Both the position numbers and the translations under genes were made by a program. Of a stretch of DNA of 64,000 nt, positions 59,884-64,000 are shown one piece after another. The DNA is taken from IMG/VR virus record IMGVR_UViG_3300045988_015843. One strand, 5' to 3'. The DNA comes from a virus. How positions within the stretch are numbered: position 1 is the first letter of the stretch; each line of letters starts with the position of its first letter. The notes beneath the pieces were generated by a model. The model made no database searches, was not told where the DNA came from, and saw nothing but the letters and a program-made list of their open reading frames with translations.

Positions 59884-60936
59884 ATGATTACATTTGTAAA
59901 TACGGTTTTGGTATCTAATCTCAAAGCCGAGAATATTGCTACTGCAGCTCCTGCTGCTTGTGACAGCATGAATGCTGTATCTGCTGATTATGGCAAGTTT
60001 GTCATCATGGATATGGACAAGGGTACGTTTGTGACTGCAGATGAGGCTAAGAAGGCTGATCGTATTAAGATCGGTCTTGTTACAAACAAGAACACTGTTC
60101 GTCGTGGCCCGAAGGACATTAAGTACCTTCCGATCATAAAGTGGTCTAACGTAATCGCTATGGATGCTATTAAGAGCGTTAACGCTAGCGTTTATCCCAC
60201 TGGTGATGCTGAGACTGAGGATACGGTTACGATTGACTTTTCAAAGATTGATGCTACGACTCTTGCTAAGTTTGCAGAGGGTGGTAAGCGTTTGATCGTT
60301 CGTCTTACGTTTAAGGATCTGCCCACTCGTTATCGTAAGTGGACTGAGTCTTATGAGTACGTGACTGAGGTTGACGATACTGCTGAGACGATTGCTAAGA
60401 ACGTTGCTAACATGATCAATGCTCAGTGGAAGCGTGCTCGTGTACAGGCTTCTGATGCAGCTGGTGTTGTTACGCTCGTAGCACTTCCTTACGATGACGA
60501 CAATGCTTCTAACACGATCAACTGGGCAGGTAAGGTTCGTTTTACTGTAAATACGTATTACACGGATCCTGCTGCTGATGGTTGGGAGAGTAAGAATAAG
60601 AATTTCCCGAAGGGTGTTGTTATCTCAAAGACTGAGGGTAAGCAGTATCCTGCAATGGGTAAGCTTGTACGTGATGAAGAGTCTAAGGCAATGGGTTATC
60701 AGGGTATCCTGAACCAGGGCTGTTGCACGTGGCCGATCATTCGCCCCGAGCTCGAAGCACAGAATGATGGTAAGTACAACATGCTTACGATTGAGTTCCG
60801 CACTCCGTACCGTGCAGCTGACGACATTACTCGTTATACGCAGCAAACGCTGAACGTATATGCACAGGGTGATATTGCAGATCTTGCCGGTATCTTTGGT
60901 GTAACTCCTGAGGCTCTAACAGACGCCAAACCTTAA
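59884..60936 (+). CDS. abundant virion structural protein candidate
   Basis: 350-aa TAG-free ORF with MCP-like codon usage and its own terminator. Confidence 0.55.
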   Translation: MITFVNTVLVSNLKAENIATAAPAACDSMNAVSADYGKFVIMDMDKGTFVTADEAKKADRIKIGLVTNKNTVRRGPKDIKYLPIIKWSNVIAMDAIKSVNASVYPTGDAETEDTVTIDFSKIDATTLAKFAEGGKRLIVRLTFKDLPTRYRKWTESYEYVTEVDDTAETIAKNVANMINAQWKRARVQASDAAGVVTLVALPYDDDNASNTINWAGKVRFTVNTYYTDPAADGWESKNKNFPKGVVISKTEGKQYPAMGKLVRDEESKAMGYQGILNQGCCTWPIIRPELEAQNDGKYNMLTIEFRTPYRAADDITRYTQQTLNVYAQGDIADLAGIFGVTPEALTDAKP

Positions 60937-60948
60937 TAGTAACAACAA

Positions 60949-60987
60949 AGGTAGAGTAGAGGTATTCTCTACCCTACCTTTTTTTAT
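60949..60987 (+). terminator. Rho-independent terminator
   Basis: AGGTAGAGTAGAG-GTATT-CTCTACCCTACCT followed by TTTTTTT. Confidence 0.7.
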
Positions 60988-60997
60988 ATCAGTTCGT

Positions 60998-62428
60998 ATG
61001 AATAATAATATATTAAATCAAGATACATAGCTTGATAATATCAAAAGAATTCGTATAGGCAATGACATACGTTTACGTATTAATCTGCTTAATATGAAAG
61101 GTATTGATACAATCAACATCAAGTCTATTAAAGTATATATAATAAACACATCTCGCGAAAAAGAGAAGGCTGACAAGATAGCAAATTGTACTAAGTTTAT
61201 CAGCCGTTTTCCATGCGAACCACATCACCCAGCATTTGAGCCTTCTGCTTACGATTTGAATCTTGCAGGTCTTCCTAGATATTATGCATATCCTGAGCAT
61301 CATTGTCATTATTTTTATCATGGATTCGGACTTCATCCTGATTGGAGTCATATATATCCTGTTAAAGACTGTACTAATGATACAGAGTTTATTGCCCCTG
61401 TTCAAGCTACAGAATACAAAGATCAAGTTGATGCATACTTTCCTGCAAATAGCCAGCTGTATTGCGGCGTATATAAGATCGTAGTAGTAGCTCGCATATA
61501 TCAACCCGGTTATGGTTTGGATAATTTAAGAACTATCACAATGGATTATAATAACATATTTAGACTCGTAGATGACTCAACTGGTACTAATTCCGATGTA
61601 ACTATAGAGATTGGAGCAGCTTCTGAAGTTGGTGTTCAGGGCCTTGAGCTTAGTGGTTCAACAGAAATGACTGTTGGAGAAACTCAACTCATAAGTACTG
61701 TATTTACTCCGTCCAATGCTACCAATAAGCAAGTTACATGCACGACTAGTGGTAATAGTGTTGAGACCGTTGCACTTAGTACAGCAGGGGTTATGGTTCG
61801 TGCAACACAGCTTCCAAATCCTGCTGCTGGAGATACGTATGGTACTATAACAGCAACATCGTATGACAATAATTCTGTATCGGCATCTATTAAGATAAAG
61901 GTACATAATTATGCAATAGCTGTAACACTTGGAACGAATAATTCTATATCAATTCCTGCAAGAACGTCTGTTATAATAAATCCGTCTGTACTTCTAGAAA
62001 ACGCTGATATTGTATCTAATTATAAGATTGGTGGCAAAATACACAATGCTGCACAGTTTGTTGTAGATGGTGTTTATTTTAAAACACAGGATGGTGAGAC
62101 CTATGATCCTCATTATGGTAATTATGTTACAATCAACGAAGTTGGAGATATATCGAATCAGATCGTTATATCAAACAATGGTGCTAATACAATTCCTGCT
62201 ATATTGCGAGTAAGAATTGTTTCTAATATTGTTGACGAAAATAAAGACAATATCGAAAAAACATTTGATATTCAATTGCAACCGTCTACTAATGTTACGA
62301 CTGATGATAAGTATATACAGTCTGGTGTATACAACAAGCAGAATAATAACATTGAGTTGTCTAGGTCTGACAACACTATTGTTAATGTAGATCTTAGTGA
62401 TGAACTTGGTTGGTATGAAGGAGAGTAA
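60998..62428 (+). CDS. Ig-like (Big_2-type) domain virion protein (1 in-frame TAG)
   Basis: ATG 60998, with TAG 61028 joining to track ORF 61094-62428. VQGLELSGSTEMTVGETQLISTVFTPSNATNKQVTCTTSGNSV resembles a bacterial Ig-like group 2 domain. Confidence 0.55.
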
Positions 62429-62855
62429 TTTAAACATTTTAATAAAAAGAGTTGCACTAAAACCCACGTACACAATCGGTCATATGTATATTAACGGTAA
62501 ATATATGTGTGATACATTAGAAGACACTAACCGTGATTCAAATAAGAATGGTGTTTTCGATAATGGTGAGGTTAAGATTAAAGGACAAACAGCTATTCCA
62601 TATGGTACTTATGAGGTTGTTTGGGCATATTCTCCTAAATACAAACGATTCACTCCAAGATTGTTGAATGTACCTTCATTTGAAGGTATTCTGATACACT
62701 CTGGTAATACATCTAAGGATACTGAAGGTTGTATATTAGTCGGAGAAAACAAAAAGAAAGGTATGGTATTAAACTCAAGAGCCACTGTTAATAAGTTGTA
62801 TCCTATCATAAGGAACGCTTGTAAACAAGGTAAAGTGCATCTCACCATACAATGA
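62415..62855 (+). CDS. putative cell-wall-active enzyme (DUF5675/YkuD-like H...GC motif)
   Basis: GILIHSGNTSKDTEGCILVG. First gene of an apparent lysis cassette. Confidence 0.4.
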   Translation: MKESNLNILIKRVALKPTYTIGHMYINGKYMCDTLEDTNRDSNKNGVFDNGEVKIKGQTAIPYGTYEVVWAYSPKYKRFTPRLLNVPSFEGILIHSGNTSKDTEGCILVGENKKKGMVLNSRATVNKLYPIIRNACKQGKVHLTIQ

Positions 62856-62856
62856 T

Positions 62857-63147
62857 ATGAACAATTGGAAAGATGTGACGCAGTACGCTACAGCTGTTGC
62901 TTCGTTCTTATCTGGCGTAGCAATGGCTTTTGCGTCATTTATTAGAAATAATACAGTAGAAGGAGAAATCTTAGGATTCATCGGAGAGTGCTTCACTTTA
63001 ACTGGAGGTATATTTGGAATAGGTTTGTATGTACGACATAAGGCCGAATAGATGGGTGCAAGAATTCGACATACTATATTAAATGATCTTAAGAATGTGG
63101 ACAGCGATACTGAAGTGGCTGATGAGTCACAAAAAGATCGTCTATAA
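62857..63147 (+). CDS. holin-like two-TM protein (TAG at codon 65, then 31 more codons)
   Basis: Two hydrophobic helices, VASFLSGVAMAFASFI and ILGFIGECFTLTGGIFGIGLYV. TAG 63049 is followed in frame by ATG... and TAA 63145. Confidence 0.45.
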
Positions 63148-63772
63148 CGCTCTTGTAGGCTCTCTAATCGCATTTCTAACAGCGTTTGGTATAATTACTC
63201 ATAATAAGAATAAAATGCTCTCAGAAGAGCTTTTAGAGGCCTAGAATAACATTGAAGCCTATTAGGGAATGCTTAGTGGTTCCCAATAGGCTAACAATGT
63301 CTTAACGCTTAATATGAAGAAACTCGGATAGTCTAAAGATTCATTATTGGTTGAGATGGATCGTATAGCTAAGGAGAATAATATTAAGTCTAAAAATATC
63401 ATAACTGGTGCAACCAACCATGAGCAAATAGACGTTACCCTCGACAAGGGGGTGGAGAGGGTTGTTGAGAGAGATACTATTAGAGATCTGGTAACTATAT
63501 TAAAAGATACAGTATATACAGACTCTATACTATACAATCCTCAAACATCCGTACACTACACTATAGGTAGAGATACGGTATAGGTGAGACTTAAGTTAGA
63601 TAATACACAATACTTGTACATATATAAACGTAAGGAATACAAAAACAAAAAGAACTTCTTCTAGAGATTATTTACTCTTGATTGGAAGAAAGTAACTAAG
63701 TACAAGTATAAGATAATAAACACGAATGATCTTATAAACAATAAAGATGTTCGTATAGTAAACGCTTAGTAA
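63122..63772 (+). CDS. spanin-like N-terminally anchored coiled-coil protein (7 in-frame TAG)
   Basis: ATG 63122, TM segment ALVGSLIAFLTAFGII. In-frame TAG occurs at 63242, 63263, 63287, 63329, 63581, 63662 and 63767. Ends with TAG TAA (63767-63772). Confidence 0.5.
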
Positions 63773-63773
63773 A

Positions 63774-64000
63774 ATGACATATACTTCACTTAAAGAGATT
63801 ATTGACGACATCCTATTGTTAGTCAGGAATAATAACATTAGTGAGAGTGAGGATTTATCAAGAGCTTAGATAGCATTATGGGTTCGTACATATAAGGCTG
63901 CTATAATCAAAGATAGGTTTGATAAATAGAAAGCTGGTCTGCTAGACGATGACGATGTAGTAAAGCTAATCGATAGCCTGTATATACGAGAGAAAGGCCC
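63774..64000 (+). CDS. hypothetical protein, 5' part (continues beyond window; 2 in-frame TAG so far)
   Basis: ATG 63774 lies 1 nt after the TAA. The frame is open to the window end apart from TAG codons. Confidence 0.5.

Noticed and set aside
1-64000. Reassignment of TGA or TAA in addition to TAG
   Set aside because: Every fragment junction that had to be bridged is TAG. All bridged ORFs end at TAA or TGA with normal gene junctions. The ORF-free regions remain closed by TAA/TGA in all frames.
1-64000. Integrase/attP (temperate lifestyle) suggested by the tRNA-like 3' fragments
   Set aside because: No tyrosine or serine recombinase-like ORF is seen in the window, and there are five or more such fragments rather than one attP core.

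Overview
The window looks like a 64 kb slice of a Crassvirales-like (crAss-like) phage genome, judged from gene content and order.

Layout:
- 3-4202 (+): 3' end of a giant virion-protein ORF.
- 4318-31591 (-): long replication/early block. It holds a PD-(D/E)XK nuclease, AAA ATPases, a DUF1064-like nuclease, a Toprim primase, SSB, a DnaB-like helicase, a family B DNA polymerase, a tRNA array, an ECF-type sigma factor and many small ORFans.
- 31846-36350 (-): second block with ThyX, a PI-PLC-like protein and an HExxH protease.
- 36351-36725: divergent control region with iteron-like repeats.
- 36726-64000 (+): small early-like genes, dUTPase, tail fibers, TerL, portal, scaffold-like protein, MCP, other virion proteins and a lysis cassette.

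Main observations:
1. TAG is a sense codon in the late (+) genes and in part of the 31.8-36.4 kb (-) block. Dozens of ORF fragments fuse in frame through TAG only, never through TAA or TGA. The replication block and the first (+) genes are TAG-free, and three of those genes use TAG as their stop.
2. A tRNA gene just upstream of the first TAG-containing (+) genes is split by a 979-nt group I-like intron carrying an HNH endonuclease. The only splice junction obeying group I rules gives anticodon CUA, an amber suppressor with Gln-like features.
3. The portal gene carries a 349-codon LAGLIDADG intein.
4. There are unexplained RNA-like elements: a 2 kb and a 0.8 kb ORF-free region, a family of D-arm-less tRNA-like modules, a three-copy two-hairpin module with compensatory changes, and a three-copy motif-plus-hairpin element inside a GC-rich island.

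Functional calls rest on motifs read by eye. No database search was possible.
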